A stretch of 64,000 nt of DNA from Okamejei kenojei (lineage: Eukaryota): assembly GCA_035221665.1 (NCBI GenBank), contig CM069155.1, positions 29,450,001 to 29,514,000 on the forward strand, in the 5' to 3' direction. A program made the translations under genes and the position numbers. Below, piece by piece: positions 1 to 13,039 of the stretch (its first letter is position 1; the number at the start of each line of letters is the position of its first letter). Below the pieces are notes generated by a model, which was given only the letters and a program-made list of their open reading frames with translations, ran no database searches and was not told the DNA's origin.

Positions 1-39
1 TGTAGTTCCTGGACTCTGCCGAGGGATTATGGATATGTT

Positions 40-715
40 GGTGAGAGTGAGCTGAGTAGTGGGAGATGCAATACAGCACAGGAAAGTGTGGAGTTTATAC
101 ATTTGGGTGGCAGGAATAAAGGCATAGACTATTTTCTAAATATAGAAATAGTTTACAAATCGGAGATACAAAGGGACTTGGGAGTGTTGATGCATGGATA
201 CCAAAAAAATGTTAAATTGCAAGTCGAAATCAGTAGGAAGGAATGTGAATGCAATGCTAGGATTATTTCGAGAGGGCTAGAATACAAAAACATGAATGTA
301 ATGCTGAGGTTATATAAGGAACTGCTCAGGGACTGGATTTAGATTATTATGCCCAGTTTAGGCCCCGTATCAGAAGAATTATGTGTTGGCTATAGAGATG
401 GGACAACGAGGAGGTCCGATACGAGAACATGATACCAGGAATAAATGGGTTATATGTGATGAGGGCACAGGGCTTGTACTCGCAGGAGTTTAGAAGGATG
501 AAGGGATATCTCATTGAAACTTGCATTGTGAATGGCTTATATAGAGTAAACCCCCCACGGGGAGGATGTTTCTACTGGTGGAGATTCTGGGGCCAGTGGC
601 CATAGACTCAGCATTAAAGGATGTACCTTTAGAAAGGAGACGAGGAGGATATGCTAATTTTATTCATGGGGATGGTGAATCTTTGGAATCAATTGCCAAT
701 AGAGAAGGCATGGAT
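40..715 (+). mobile_element. Degraded CR1-clade LINE ORF2 3' fragment
   Basis: ORF 88..342 (IHLGGRNKGIDYFLN...QRDLGVLMH) matches the CR1 RT C-terminal region. Paralogous copies lie at ~36530-37230 and ~55615-55915. Confidence 0.75.
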
Positions 716-1498
716 ATTTTTACAGAGAAACATAGAAACATAGAAAATGAGGAGCGTAGAAGGCCTTTCGACCCTTGGAGCCTGCACACCACCATCCAAT
801 ATGATCATGCCTAAACAATCATCCATAATCGTACTCCGTTACCTGCATTTTACCCCCATATCCCTTGATTCCTAACTATATCTAACTCTCGTGAAAACAT
901 CCCAATGAATTGGGCCCCCACTGCCTTCTGTGGCAGAGGATTCCACTGATTCACAACTCACTTTGTCAAACGTTTCTTCTCATCGCAGTCCAAAATGGCC
1001 TACCCCTTATCTTAATCTGTGATGCCTGGTTCTGTTCACCCCAACATCAGAATAAAATAATAATCTGCATCAAGCCTGTCCAATTCCTTCAGAATTTTAT
1101 ATGTTTCTATAAGATCTCTTCTCATCCTTCTAATTTCAGTGGAATTCAAGCCCGTTAGTCCGTCATTCTTTCATCATATGTCATTCCCACCATCCGGGGA
1201 ATTAACCTGGTGACCTTACGCTGCACTCCCTCAATAGGAAGAATGTCCTTTCCATACAATTAGGGGAAATTAAAACTGCGCACAATAGTCCAGGTGTGGT
1301 TCTCATCAGGGCCCTGTACATCTGCAGTAGATACCTCCTTGCTCCTATACTCAAATCCTCTCGCTGTGAAGGCCAACATGCCATTTCATTTCTTCACTGC
1401 CTGCTGTACCTGAATGCTTACATTCAGTGACTGATGTACAAGGACATCCAGGCCTCATTGCACCACACCCATTTTCCTAAACTGACACAATTCAGATT

Positions 1499-1595
1499 CA
1501 GGGGTCTGAAGAAGGGTCTCGACCGAAACGTCGCCTATCTCCTTCGCTCCTTAGATGCTGCTGCAACCCGCTGAGTTTCTCATCTTTTGTGTACC
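1499..1595 (+). mobile_element. 97-nt Penelope-type terminal-repeat insert with a minimal hammerhead core and a 13-bp TSD
   Basis: TSD CACAATTCAGATT at 1486-1498 and 1596-1608, with an empty paralogous site at 56666-56678. It contains CTGAAGA-A-GGGTC-TC-GACC-GAAAC-GTC. Confidence 0.75.
1501..1536 (+). ncRNA. Putative minimal type I hammerhead ribozyme (stem III-less, PLE type)
   Basis: CUGAAGA 1506-1512, stem II GGUC/GACC, GAAA 1525-1528, palindromic ACGU and GUC cleavage triplet 1530-1532. A short stem I (GGGU/GCCU) is possible. Confidence 0.55.
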
Positions 1596-2717
1596 CACAA
1601 TTCAGATTATAATCTGCCTTTTTGTTCTTGCCACCAAAATGGATAACCTCACATGTAGCCACATTATACTGCATCTGCCATGCATCTGCCCACTCACCCA
1701 ACCTATCCAAGTTAACCTACACCCCATACCACCCTCCTCACACTGCCACCAGCTTTGTGTCATCCGCAAGCTTGGAGATGTTACTTTTAATTCCCTCATC
1801 TTGATCGTTAATACATATTGTAAATAACTGGGTTACAGCACTGAGCATTGCGGCACCCCACCAGTCATTGTCTGCCATTCTGAAAGGGACCGTTAATTCC
1901 TTCTTCCTTCGCTTCCTGCCTGCCAACAGGTATCCATGTCAATACCCTGCTCCCAAAACCATGTGCTCTAATTTTGCACACTAATCACTTGTGTGGGACC
2001 TTGTCAAAGGCGTTTTGAAAGTACAGATACAACACATCAATGGCTCTCCCTTTTCCATTCTACTTGTTACATCTCAAAAGTTTCCAGAAGATTAGTCAAG
2101 CATGATTTCCCCCCTTTCATAAATCCATGCTGACTTTGTCCGATCCCTTCATTGCTTTCAAAATGTGCTGCAATTACATCTTTAATAATTGAAAAATGTA
2201 AAGTGGAGATTGACAGATCCTTGATTGGTACAGGTGGTACGGATATAAGACATGAGAATGGGGATGAGAGGTTAACATAGATCTGCCATGATTGAATGGT
2301 TGACTAGCTTTGATGGGCCGAATGGCCTAATTCTGCTTCTAGAACAATGAATTTATGAACTTATGAATTATGCGTCTGGTTCTTGAATGGCCTTGGTGAC
2401 CAATTTTGTTGAGGTTATACGTAAGGGGACTGATTAGAATGTATTCTGTAGATGGCACAGACTGTGGGCTTGTTGCACTTGTGGCAAAGAGAGACAAAGG
2501 ATGGGATTATGTCATTGAAATAAAAACTTAATCTCACGCCTTTACGCTCATTAAAACCAGAACTGATATAGACGGCGGTTAATAATAAGAAGTCATAATG
2601 AATTTCTGCTCTTTTTTTCTTCCCAGGTTCCTGTTTGCTATAAGATGGTCTGGGGAACTCGAAAGTCCTGGCACCTTTCGGGGTCATGAGCTAATGTGCA
2701 GTCTTTCTCTCTCTCTC

Positions 2718-5700
2718 TTTTTTTTTCCTTTCAAAAACATATTCGACACAATCATATGATACAACACATCAAAACGTAATTTAAAAAGTTACACTATATC
2801 AAAAAAGTCATTTATAGTACAAAAGTACATTTCATTGTTTACAATACTCTCAACCCCACATGGTGACCAGCACCCACGGAAAGCCTCCAGAGTCCCCGTA
2901 GACACCACGAGTTTCCCACTCCAGGGATACACGTGCACGGACGTAGGCCCGAAAGAGGGGCAGGAAGCCGACTCTAGCCTGACCATCGACCATCCGCTGC
3001 CTGGACCCGCAAATGGCCATCTTGGCCAGGGCCCAGGAGCAAACCGACAGGGAAGTCCCCGCCCCCCCCCCCCCCCCCCCCCACTCGGCTCTCCCTCACT
3101 CCCTGCCTTATGTCCGAACTCCATGGATTGCGGGACAAAAATGCAACCAGAACTTGAGGAACAACCCCTTCAGATATTGATACAGGGGCAGTAACCTCTC
3201 ACACTCCATATACACATGGAACACGGTCTCTTCCTCGCCGCAGAAAATACAGGCGGCGGACGAGCCCGTGAACCGACTCAAAAAGTTTATTACATACCAC
3301 CGCTCTGTGCAACACTCTCCACCCCAGGTCCCCAATGTAAAGGGGAACAATTCCCTTATAGAAGGACCCCCACTGGGGACCACCCCCGCCTTCAGGTGGT
3401 AACACCGTCCGCCATGGTGTCTCGGGATGGGAGACGAAGGCAAGGAGGTGCAGAATGTGCAGGAGCATCCTGTACAGTGTGCGTCTCTTCGCATCACGAA
3501 CTGGCATGCTGGTCATCTCAGAAAGGCTCAGATTGTGTGGAGCCAGTGCCCGAGAATTATCCCGGAGCCTACGCCCGATGAGCAGATCTGATGGAGCAGG
3601 GGTAAGTTCAGTCAGAACCACTCCAGGCGCACGCCTCTCCTCGACACCCGCTAAAGACAGGGTGAGGACCGGACACTCCGCAGCCACGACTCCCCCTCCC
3701 CTCGTGGAGCAACACGGGCTGAAGACAGCCAAATTTCTCATTCTTAGCACATCTGGTAGAAGACAGGCAAGCCCCTTAGGGAAACCCCCCAATAATTAAA
3801 TGGAAACAGGTCGACTGATGCCCGCCACGGGAGCCGTAAGACCCCCCTTAGGCAACGACCCCGACGGAAAAATACATGGCCAGAGCGTGCCATCTGGGGG
3901 GGTTCTCTACATACATGTACCTCCGCAGAGTCCTGAGGCGGAGAGAGCCGCCACCTGGGTACACACGCATACGAAGGACCTGGCCGCCTTCCTCTAACGG
4001 GAGACTCAGGACACCCGCAGAAATGCAGTGCTTCCTATTTCCCCCCAAAAGAAATCTACCAGCTTCTTCTGTAAAGCAGTTGCAAAGATAGAGGGTGGGA
4101 CAAGAGTAGCCAGCCGTTGTACCATAACATGGAGGCCACCAGCTGGTTTATGACCAGACCCTCCCCACGAAAGAAAAGAACTCCAAGCAGGCCTGACCAG
4201 CGCCCCAGCCGGGCAACCACTTTCGCCTCCAACTCCTGCCAGTTTTGCTGGCCAACATTCTCAGTGAGACTCAGGTACACCCCCAGATAGAGGAGGTGCG
4301 TAGTACTCCCGCAAACATTACCATCGCCACCGGCTGGGAGTCTACCTGCCACTGACCCACTAAAAATTCCAGAACACCTTACTCCAGTTAATCCTAGCAG
4401 AAGATGCGGTCGAGAAAACCTTCTGGCAGTCACGCACCACTCCGCAGGTCACCAGGATCGGTGAACATAAGAAGTACATCATCGGCATACACCGAAAGAA
4501 CCACCTCCACCCCCGAGCCAGGTAGGGCCAGGGACTGACCAACCTCCTCCGAAGAAGACACAGGAATGGCTCCACACAGACTGAGTACAACTGACCCGAC
4601 ATGGGGGCACCCCTGACGGACCCCCTTCCCAAAATGAAAAGGAGACAACTACGCACCCATTAACCTTCACAAGGCACTCCCTGCAGCGTACAAAAGCCGG
4701 ACTCGGGCTACAAAATGCGGTCCAAACCCAAACACTTGCAATGTCCCGAAGAGGTAATTCATGCTCTATTCCTATCAAAAGCCTTCTACTGATCAAGAGA
4801 CAGAAAAAAACACAGCTGACTGACCAGTACCCTGGGCTAGATGAATCAGGTCCCTAACCAGGTGGATGTTATCCTGAATGGACCGGCCAGGGATTGTATA
4901 GGACTGGTCAGGATGAATCAGTTGAGACAGCACGGAGCCCAGGGCGATTTGCCATTGCCCTTGCAAAAACTTTATACTCTGTACATAGGAGAGAGACCGG
5001 GCGCTAGTTCTTCAACAAAGCGGAGTTCGCCCTTTCTTAGGCAGCAGGATGACAACTGCCCTAAGCCATGAGAGGGGCATCTCCCCGGTCGCCAGGCTCT
5101 CCCCCAGAACTAACATGTTGTCAGTCACCCCCTAGGATATCCCAGAAAGCTCTAACAAACTCTACCATCAGCCCATCCAGCCCGGGGGACTTACCCCTCC
5201 TGAGCTGATGCAGGGCACGAGTCAACTCCTCCAAAGATAAGGGGCCATCAAGAAGATCGGCCACCTCCCTATCTACAGTTGGTAGACCCTCTCACAGATC
5301 TTGCTGAGCCTCCCCGCTGAATCCCTCCGCAGAGAACAGGGACCCATAAAAGGACCTGACCAAGGCACTGATTCTATTTGGATCAGTGGACAGAGGAGTC
5401 ATCACCTGCGAGCAGCCCCACGAGCTGTTTGTGAGCTCCCCGCCCTTTCTCCAGAGAGAAAAAGAAAGGTGAAGCTCGGTCCAGATCGTGCAGCATCTGG
5501 ACCCGCGACCTCACGTAAGTGCCTCGGGGACCGCTCAAGCAGCAGGCTCCTCAAAGCTTCCTTCTTCTTCTGAAACTCTCCCCATTTGCTGGAGTCTTCA
5601 CCAAACCGACCCAGGCGAGACTCTGCATCCAGTATCTCCCTCTCAAGCCTCTCGACCGCTGAGTCCCGCCTTCCGGTCGACCCCCACGTATAATCCTTAC

Positions 5701-8700
5701 GAAAAGATGGATGTGAGCTTTCCCCACATCCCACTGCTAAGGGAAGAGAAGCACCTCTGCCTCTCTCTCCACTTCACCAAAAACCGACTGAATGACTCCC
5801 GGAAAACTCTGATCCTCCAGCAGCCTGTTATTAAAGTGCCAGTAGGCGGACCAGCCCGAGCGCACGCTGGATTAAAATCCACGCGCACCAGACAGTGGTC
5901 CGAGCACGGCACCAGCCGCATTGAGGCCGCTGAGACACGGGAAACAAATGCTCGGGAAATATATATTCGATCAATGAGGGAACCACCACCCTCAAACCTC
6001 CGCGAAAAAGCAGTGGAATCCGGGTGGAGGTTCCGCCACGCATCAACCAACTCAAAGGAGTCAATCAATCCTCTCAGCTTCCTCACTACAGCAGGGGCAC
6101 ACTGAGTACCAGAACGGTCTCGCGCCTCAAGTGTGCAATTAAAATCCCCACCAAGGAAGACACACTCTCCCCTATCAATAGTCCTTAACAGAGCAGTCAT
6201 CTCCTGAAGTAGGCCGGCCTGCAGCATGCCAGAGCTAGGGCATACACATTAATGAAATGCAACGGCATGCCACCCAGGCTCATGGCCAGATGGAGCAAAC
6301 GTCCTGGCACAACTTCTTACACTTTTAAAAACATTTGGCAGAAAGTACGGGGCCAACAGAAAGGCCACCCCACTAGAATTCGAGCTGAGATGGCTCATGT
6401 AGACACCCCCTTCCCACTCCAGTCGCCAGGTGGGTTCGTCACTAACAATGGTATGCGTCTGTTGCAGAAAACACACCGCAGATTTCCCCTCTCTAAGGAC
6501 TGATAAAAGCTGAAATCTGCGAAAACTCGCTCTACTCCCATTTCAATTTAATGTAGCTACTGTGAATGCGCAGGCACACTAGATTGAGACCCTCACACTT
6601 CGCCTAGACTCAAAAACTCTCTCTCTGAGGAACTCTAAAAAGTCACCGAACTGACTCTTCTCAGAGTCAGGAAGATCACTATCCTTGTTGCCAAGGATTG
6701 CCTCGCGAGTCTTAATTAAAACTGGCCAATCCTCCTACCCTTTTTTTGCAGCCTCCTTTTTTGTTCTGATGGTCCGGCTTGTTTTTAGGAACTCTCACAC
6801 CTCACGGATAAACACTTGCATGAGACATGGCCTTGGAGCCTGGGCACTCGGCCAACCCACTCGCACCTGAAACAACAAGCTTATCAGCACAGCGCCCAGG
6901 TTCGTTGTCAGAAATCGAAAGACCAGAACTCTCTGAAAGTTCGCTAATCCCGCTACACAAACTGGCCCTGTCACTCTCCCCCTCCTCCGGCACGACACCA
7001 CCCCCAGGATCAATGCCGGGGAAGGGTCCCGAATCCCCTGACCGCAACAAGCAGCCCACTGACTGGCTGGGCTCCTGCACTCTACCATCACCCTCCACGT
7101 CTGGGCCTGGGGAAGAAAAAACAAGAGGCACCCCAGGGCCTGTGGTACACTGGCACCCCCGGAATCTGAAAGAGGATCACGACCCGAAACAGCCCCGACC
7201 TCCACAGCACCTAGAGCACCCCTCTCCACAGGCAACACCCAGAGAATCTCCACTTGCTTTTAAAATCTCCCCTGCCAACTCAGCCGGTGAGGCAGCACAC
7301 CCCCCAGCACCTTCACTGGCACTGATATGGAGCACAGACTGGTACACTAATGCCCCCGAACCTCCCCCTTTGGGCTGACTCTGCTCACTCCCTGTCTCAG
7401 GGGGCACACTACCAGGGTAGCTAACCCCATCATCTGGCATGCCAACACCCTCAGTAGGCCTCTGAAACGAGGGGACCTCCTCCGACCCAGAGGACACACA
7501 CCCAGGGGAGCTAAACCTCAACGCCCGATGAGATAACTCCCTCGGAGGGCCGCTGAAACAAAGGGGAATCCACCAGCCCAGAGGACACAACACCAGAGGA
7601 GTCAACCCCGCACATGGTCTTATAATACCCGCTGATGATCCCTGAAATGGAGGCCCAAACCTCCGACCTGGAAGACACCAGTTCAAGACCACTAACCACA
7701 TCAGTGGTTGAAGGCCTGGAAAAAGACATCTCCCTAGCTTTGGACCCACGCCCTTGCTCTTCCTCACCAGGCACATGCTCCTTTTTGTCCCGCTAGCATG
7801 CGGCGGTACAGTGACCTCCATAACGGAAGTGTCTTCCACCTCCACACTACCCCCAGCCACTTTACCACCCGCATGTTTTAACTTCCCTGCCCCCGTCTGA
7901 ACCACCTCAGCTCCTTGCTGGGCCACGGCAGGTGCAATCTGCACCTCATTGGAGCTGGCAGGCGCCCCTTGGGTGGTCTCAGAACTCGGCAGGTGCACAC
8001 CCGATTGCGTTTGTCTCGTTCGGGTGGACTTTTTTTTCTCTTCCTCGTCTTCTTCCTCTGCTGCTTCGTCTCCTTCCTCGTCTTCTTCCTCTGTGCACCA
8101 CCTTCAGCTGCCACCACAGGTTCAGGACGTGGGGTCGGGGGCTATCGCTGCCCCGGGTCGCCAAGGCGGAACCTGTGGACCCAGATGGGCTATCACTGCT
8201 ACCCCAGATCACGAGGCAGAGCTGGCAGCCCTAGCTGGGTCAGCAGTACAACCGCACACCATTGAGGTTTGACGAGCCACCCCGGATGGGCCAGCAGTGC
8301 ATTCCTGGGCCACTGTGCTAAGAACGTCTCGCAGCGACCCCGCGAATAAGCCACTCCTACGGAGATGTCCAAATTTGCCGCACGCATGACGCCGTGCCTT
8401 TCCCCCAACTTCCAACGCACGGTTCTAGGGAGACCCCTACACTCCACCTCGAAACTCCCCTCAGCGCCTTCCCACTCACCCACCTTCATGAACACCCTCC
8501 TCTTGAAACTGAAGATTCCTTTTTCCTCAGGTTCCCCCCCCACCCCCCCCCCGGGGTGCATGAGCCTAAAGCACTTAGACTGCACCTCCCCAAACTTAGA
8601 CAGGTGTGGAATAAGTGACGCGTCCGGAATACATGTGGGGCAACTCCACAGGAGAACCGGTCTCACCCTGGATACCCACGGATCCACCTGTATGTGGACC

Positions 8701-9517
8701 CCCCCCCCCCCCCACTGAGATCCCCTTCTCCAACGCTCGGGCCACACCCTCCTGGGTCTTTAACATCATCTCAACCTTTCCTCTATCGAGCTCGGAAGAG
8801 ACAATAGCTCCCCTCCCAAGAAGTTCATTCATGGCCTTTGTAATTGCTCCCCTGGACATCATAGGCCCAGTTTGAACTGAGATACCAAATCCGTCCCAAT
8901 CCAAGTCAACATGAGGCTCATGCTCAGATGGCCTCGTACCCGCCACTGTACCCACCACCGCATAGGTCCGGGACCTTCGGCCGTGCCCCAGACATCGCCA
9001 TCCCTGACATAGGCACAAACCAGTTACCGGCAGCTCAGTTCCAAGTTAAGTTCCAGAGACAGTCACAGTCAAAGACAAGCAGCAGAAAGCAGAAACCTCC
9101 AGCTAACGCAGGAAAGTCCCCAAGTTCGTCCACAGCCGAGAGCAGCTATTTGGGAAGCTCTATCCAGTCTAGCTGGAAGCAAAAGTACCTTCTTCAACAT
9201 TAAGCCAGGCAACCGCACTGTGCAAAATGACTTTAGGGCAGAGAAACGGTGCAAAAAAAGACAAAGACACCGAAATCTTCGTACCCTCGATCTCCAGGCA
9301 CTCTTGGCAGTCCGCCAACGACAACCGCACCCTCGACAATGTAGAGAAAACTTAGGAATGTTCACACTAGTAGAGAAATCCTAGGACAAAGGAAAGTTTC
9401 AACAGTCCAACGATAAGTTAAACTATGAAGCCCTCTGCCTCTGTTCCTTCTCCAACATCAAAATCCTTGAAAGGCTGCTTCAATCCTTCTCAACCGCAGA
9501 GCTGAGAAGAAAACACA

Positions 9518-9519
<2 letters not shown>
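2718..9519 (-). mobile_element. Full-length but frameshifted Tx1-clade (L1 superfamily) non-LTR retrotransposon inserted in (TC)n
   Basis: Minus-strand fragments include an ORF1 zinc-knuckle-like RHACGKFGHLRRS (8209..8415) and APE endonuclease motifs (FLQQTH, LGGDFNC, IDRIY, SDH; 5697..6476). RT motifs GVRQGCP and YADD are at 4430..4648, and zf-RVT CIFCGEEETVFHVYMEC is at 3108..3497. The poly(A) appears as a T-run at 2718-2726. Empty sites are at ~42340-42358 and ~57990-58008. Confidence 0.85.

Positions 9520-9589
<70 letters not shown>
9520..9589. repeat. (CT)n microsatellite at the 5' junction of the Tx1 element
   Basis: About 35 CT units here, against about 7 at the paralogous empty sites. 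Confidence 0.95.
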
Positions 9590-9591
<2 letters not shown>

Positions 9592-9889
9592 GAGGGTGAG
9601 TTCTGTGAGCTAGATCAAAACATTCATTTATACAATCAATAAATCTGATCTCGACACTAGAGTAAACTCTGTTTTAAAAACTATATTCTTCTTTGTACTC
9701 AAGAAACAGTGGAAGCTATTTATTAAATCAAGGGCTGAGCTAGTCTCGTATATCGCATGAAATTGAGGATATCCCAATAGACATCTGGAAGTTCAGTGGG
9801 GTTAACTGTTTTAACGAGTCACCATGTCTATTTTCTTGACTATTAAACATTAAACAAACCTTCATCAATGCACTCTGCTCGATCTTTGA

Positions 9890-11640
9890 CATGGTATTGA
9901 CATGGATAGAGAATTGATTGGGAAAGGAAACAAAGAGTAGGAATAAACGGGTCCTGGTCGGAAAATGTTAGGCAATGGCGAGTGTACTGCCGCAAGGCTC
10001 GGTGCTGGGACCGCAACTATTTACAGTATATATGAATGATTTAGATGATGGAATTAAAAGTAACACTAGCAATTTGCAGATGACACAAAGTTGGGTGTTA
10101 TTGTGAAGTCGAACAGGTTGCTCAGAGGTTGCAGGGTGACTTGGACAGGTTGAGTGAGTGGGCAGATGCATGGCAGATGCAGTATAATGTAAATAATTGT
10201 GTGTTTATCCACTTTGGTGGCAAGAACAAGGAGGCAGATTATTATCTCAATGGTGTCAGATTAGGAAAAAGGGAAGTGCAGTGATACCTGGGTGTCCTTG
10301 TACACCAGCCACTGAAAGAAAACATGCAGGTACAGCAGGCAGTGCAGAATGCTAATAGCATGTTGGCCTTCATAACGAGAGGATTTGAGTAGAGGAGGAA
10401 AGAGGTCCTCCAACAGTTGTACAGGGCCCTGGTGAGACCACAACTCGAGTATTTTGTGCAGTTTTTGGTATCCTAATTTGAGGAAGGACTTCTTTGCTCT
10501 TGAGGCAGTGCAGCGCAGGTTCAATCCCCGAACCAGGGGCCACAGTCTAAGAATAAAGGGGGGGAGGGGGGCATTTAAAACTATGAGGAGAATAAACTTT
10601 CACCCAAAGAGTTGTGAATTTGTGGAATACACTACCACATAAGGCCGTAAAGGCCAATTCACTGGATGAATTTAAAAGTTAGACAAAACACAAAGTGCTA
10701 GAGTAGTACGGGGTGTGCTTCAGGATTCGGTGCTGGGCCCGTTAATGTTTATCATCTATATCAATGATTTGAATGGGATCAGACTTGATAAGATTAGCAA
10801 GTTTGCCGATGATACAAACTTGGGAGGTTTTGCAGATAGTGGAGATGGTTGTGAAGAAGTGCAGCAGGTTCTTGATCAATTGGCCAGGTAGGCTGAGGAA
10901 TGGTTGATGGAATTTAATGCAGAGAAATGTGAACTGTTGCATTTTTGGAAATCTAACATAGGCAGGACCTAGGCAGTCGACGGTAGATCGGGTGGTCAAA
11001 AAGGCTTTTGGCACATTGGCCTTCATCAGCCAGAGTAATGAGTATAGAGGTTGGGAGGACTTGTTGCAGATGTATAAGACGTTGGTGACGCCGCATTGAG
11101 AGCATTGTGTTCAGTGTGGGCACCATCTTATAGGAAAGAGTTCGAAAAGCTGGAAAGGATACAGAGAAGATTTACGAGGATATTGCCAGTACTAGAGGGT
11201 CTGAGGTATAGCGGGGGTGGGGGGGGGGGGGGGGGGGTTGAGTAGGCTGAGACTCTAATCCTTGGAGCGCAGGAAGATGAGGGGAAATATTATGGAGGTA
11301 TAGGGTCGTGAGTGGAGTAGATCGGGTAGATGTACAGATGCCCAGAGTAGGTGAATCACGGAACAGGTTTATGGTGACGGGGCAATGATTTAATAGGAAT
11401 CTGAGGGGTAACGTTTTCCCAGATAGGGTGGTGGGTGTATGGAACAAGCAGCCACAGGAGATAGTTGTGCCAGGAACTATCTCAACGTTTAAAAAACAGT
11501 TAGACAAGTAAATTGATATAACAGATTTGGAGGGATATGGACCCAATACGGGCAGGTGGGACGAGTGTGGATGGGACGTTGGCCGATGTGGGAAAGTTGG
11601 GCCGAAGGGCCTGTTTCCACACTCTATGACTATGACTCTC
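9890..11640 (+). mobile_element. Two adjacent degraded CR1 LINE fragments
   Basis: Encodes [14 protein letters not shown] and LEAVQRRF-like motifs. Paralogous copies lie at 42665-44770 and 58310-60215. Confidence 0.75.
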
Positions 11641-11928
11641 TTTGACTCTATGGGGGGCCATGTAGCATCTGCGAATCGGCATTTGGGGATGTAGTAATGA
11701 ACAGCCATGAGCCAGTGCAATCTTTCGCGTGTTCATTTTCTCACGGTATTGCACGTTGCAAAGTTTAAGACGTGCAGCAATTAGAGAAGGATGAGAACGG
11801 TGAGAGCAGGGACCTGTGTAAATAAACATTAGGGAAACTTGCTAGTCGTAGTGATATGCCTACGTTCAGAGTGGCTTATGCGCGCAATTGCAGCTCATTC
11901 TGTATCTGGTACAAATTGTAGTCACTTT

Positions 11929-12120
11929 AGTTTAATTTGCAGATACAGCGCATAAACAGGCCCTTCTACCCACTGATCAACAGTCCCCGCACATTAACAT
12001 TATCGTGCACACTTTAGGGACAATATATAATATTAGCAATCCAATGAACCTTCCAATCTGTCTTTGTAGCGTGGGAGGAAACCGGTGCTACCTGGCAAAT
12101 CCCAGGCAGGTCATGCGGAA
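11929..12120 (-). mobile_element. Truncated V-SINE (HE1-like) fragment
   Basis: gtgggaggaaaccgg...cccaggcaggtca resembles the reverse complement of the V-SINE central domain as recalled, not searched. Copies lie at ~45050-45245 and ~60508-60700. Confidence 0.55.
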
Positions 12121-12343
12121 AACCGTAGTGGTGAAAGGATGAACAGTTAAGTTAATGGATGGCTGACCAGACATGTGCACTGCTAAACTTATTTAGTTTA
12201 ATTAAAGGGCAATTATTCATGATATTTCTTTTTCTCACCCGCTATTTCCCAAAACCCGCTCTTCGCGTTTCTCCCTTGTCAGTTTTAGCCAGATAGCTGG
12301 AGTGGCCGTATTCTATTCTATTTTAATTGAATATGGATGTGCA

Positions 12344-12411
12344 GTGTGTAAAATTCCTGTCGTCCTGTCGTACTACAAAGTCGAAAGAACTCTGGAAGTG
12401 GTCGGTGAGAG
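12344..12411. promoter_or_regulatory. Candidate upstream enhancer: 68-bp block identical in all three clusters
   Basis: Identical at 45471-45538 and 60929-60996. It has ETS-like TTCCTG and GGAAGT cores and 4 retained CpGs. Confidence 0.45.
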
Positions 12412-13039
12412 CCAAGATGACCGCTTTTACTTCACTGACATATGCATTAATTTGGTATAGGTAACCTTTCCACTTTGAGTCGAGGCAAGTTAAGCGAATT
12501 ACTGTGCATTACAACATGAACGTTTCACAGACCGCTTTTCCAAGCACGACACACATCGGGTAGTCAAAATTCCCTCCAAAACTGTAATTTATCTGACATT
12601 TGTAGCGATGTTCTTTCCCATCAGGTCCTTTCTAAATTATCTGATACACAAGTCGAAGGGCATCCTGTGGGATTTACGATTTCTAAATTTACAAAGATAT
12701 TTTGATTTAATGTGATATATAATTTTTTTAAAAGTGCCGAACTGTCATCATGTTTTATTCAGCGATACGGATTCAGTTGGACCGTTTAGATACAATATTT
12801 CTTCCGTTTTCATTTGTGATTAAACAGTTGCCGAATATAATATTTAATTCTCGCAGACAATTTGTTTAGTATATATATGTGGAGGGGTCATATTGAAAAT
12901 TATAGATTGTTTGTTAATAAAGAAGTGGCAACTGTGGCAATCCTTGTTATTCTGATGTACGTATGAGAACGCATGAAACCTTTTTAGAAATACAAATCTC
13001 TGCAGCAAGACCTGCATGTTTCACAGTGGCGAATATTTT

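Larger units (their letters stand above)
726..2190 (-). mobile_element. Degraded CR1 LINE 3' portion (RT to 3' tail)
   Basis: The (CATAGAAA)n tail is at 726-748. Minus-strand ORFs include LGEWADAWQMQYNV and ISKLADDTKL. Paralogous copies lie at 37230-41615 (interrupted) and 55920-57270. Confidence 0.8.

Noticed and set aside
7915-8272. Low-complexity Ser-, Phe/Leu- or Lys/Arg-rich ORFs
   Set aside because: They are alternative frames of a purine-rich stretch in the Tx1 ORF1 region.
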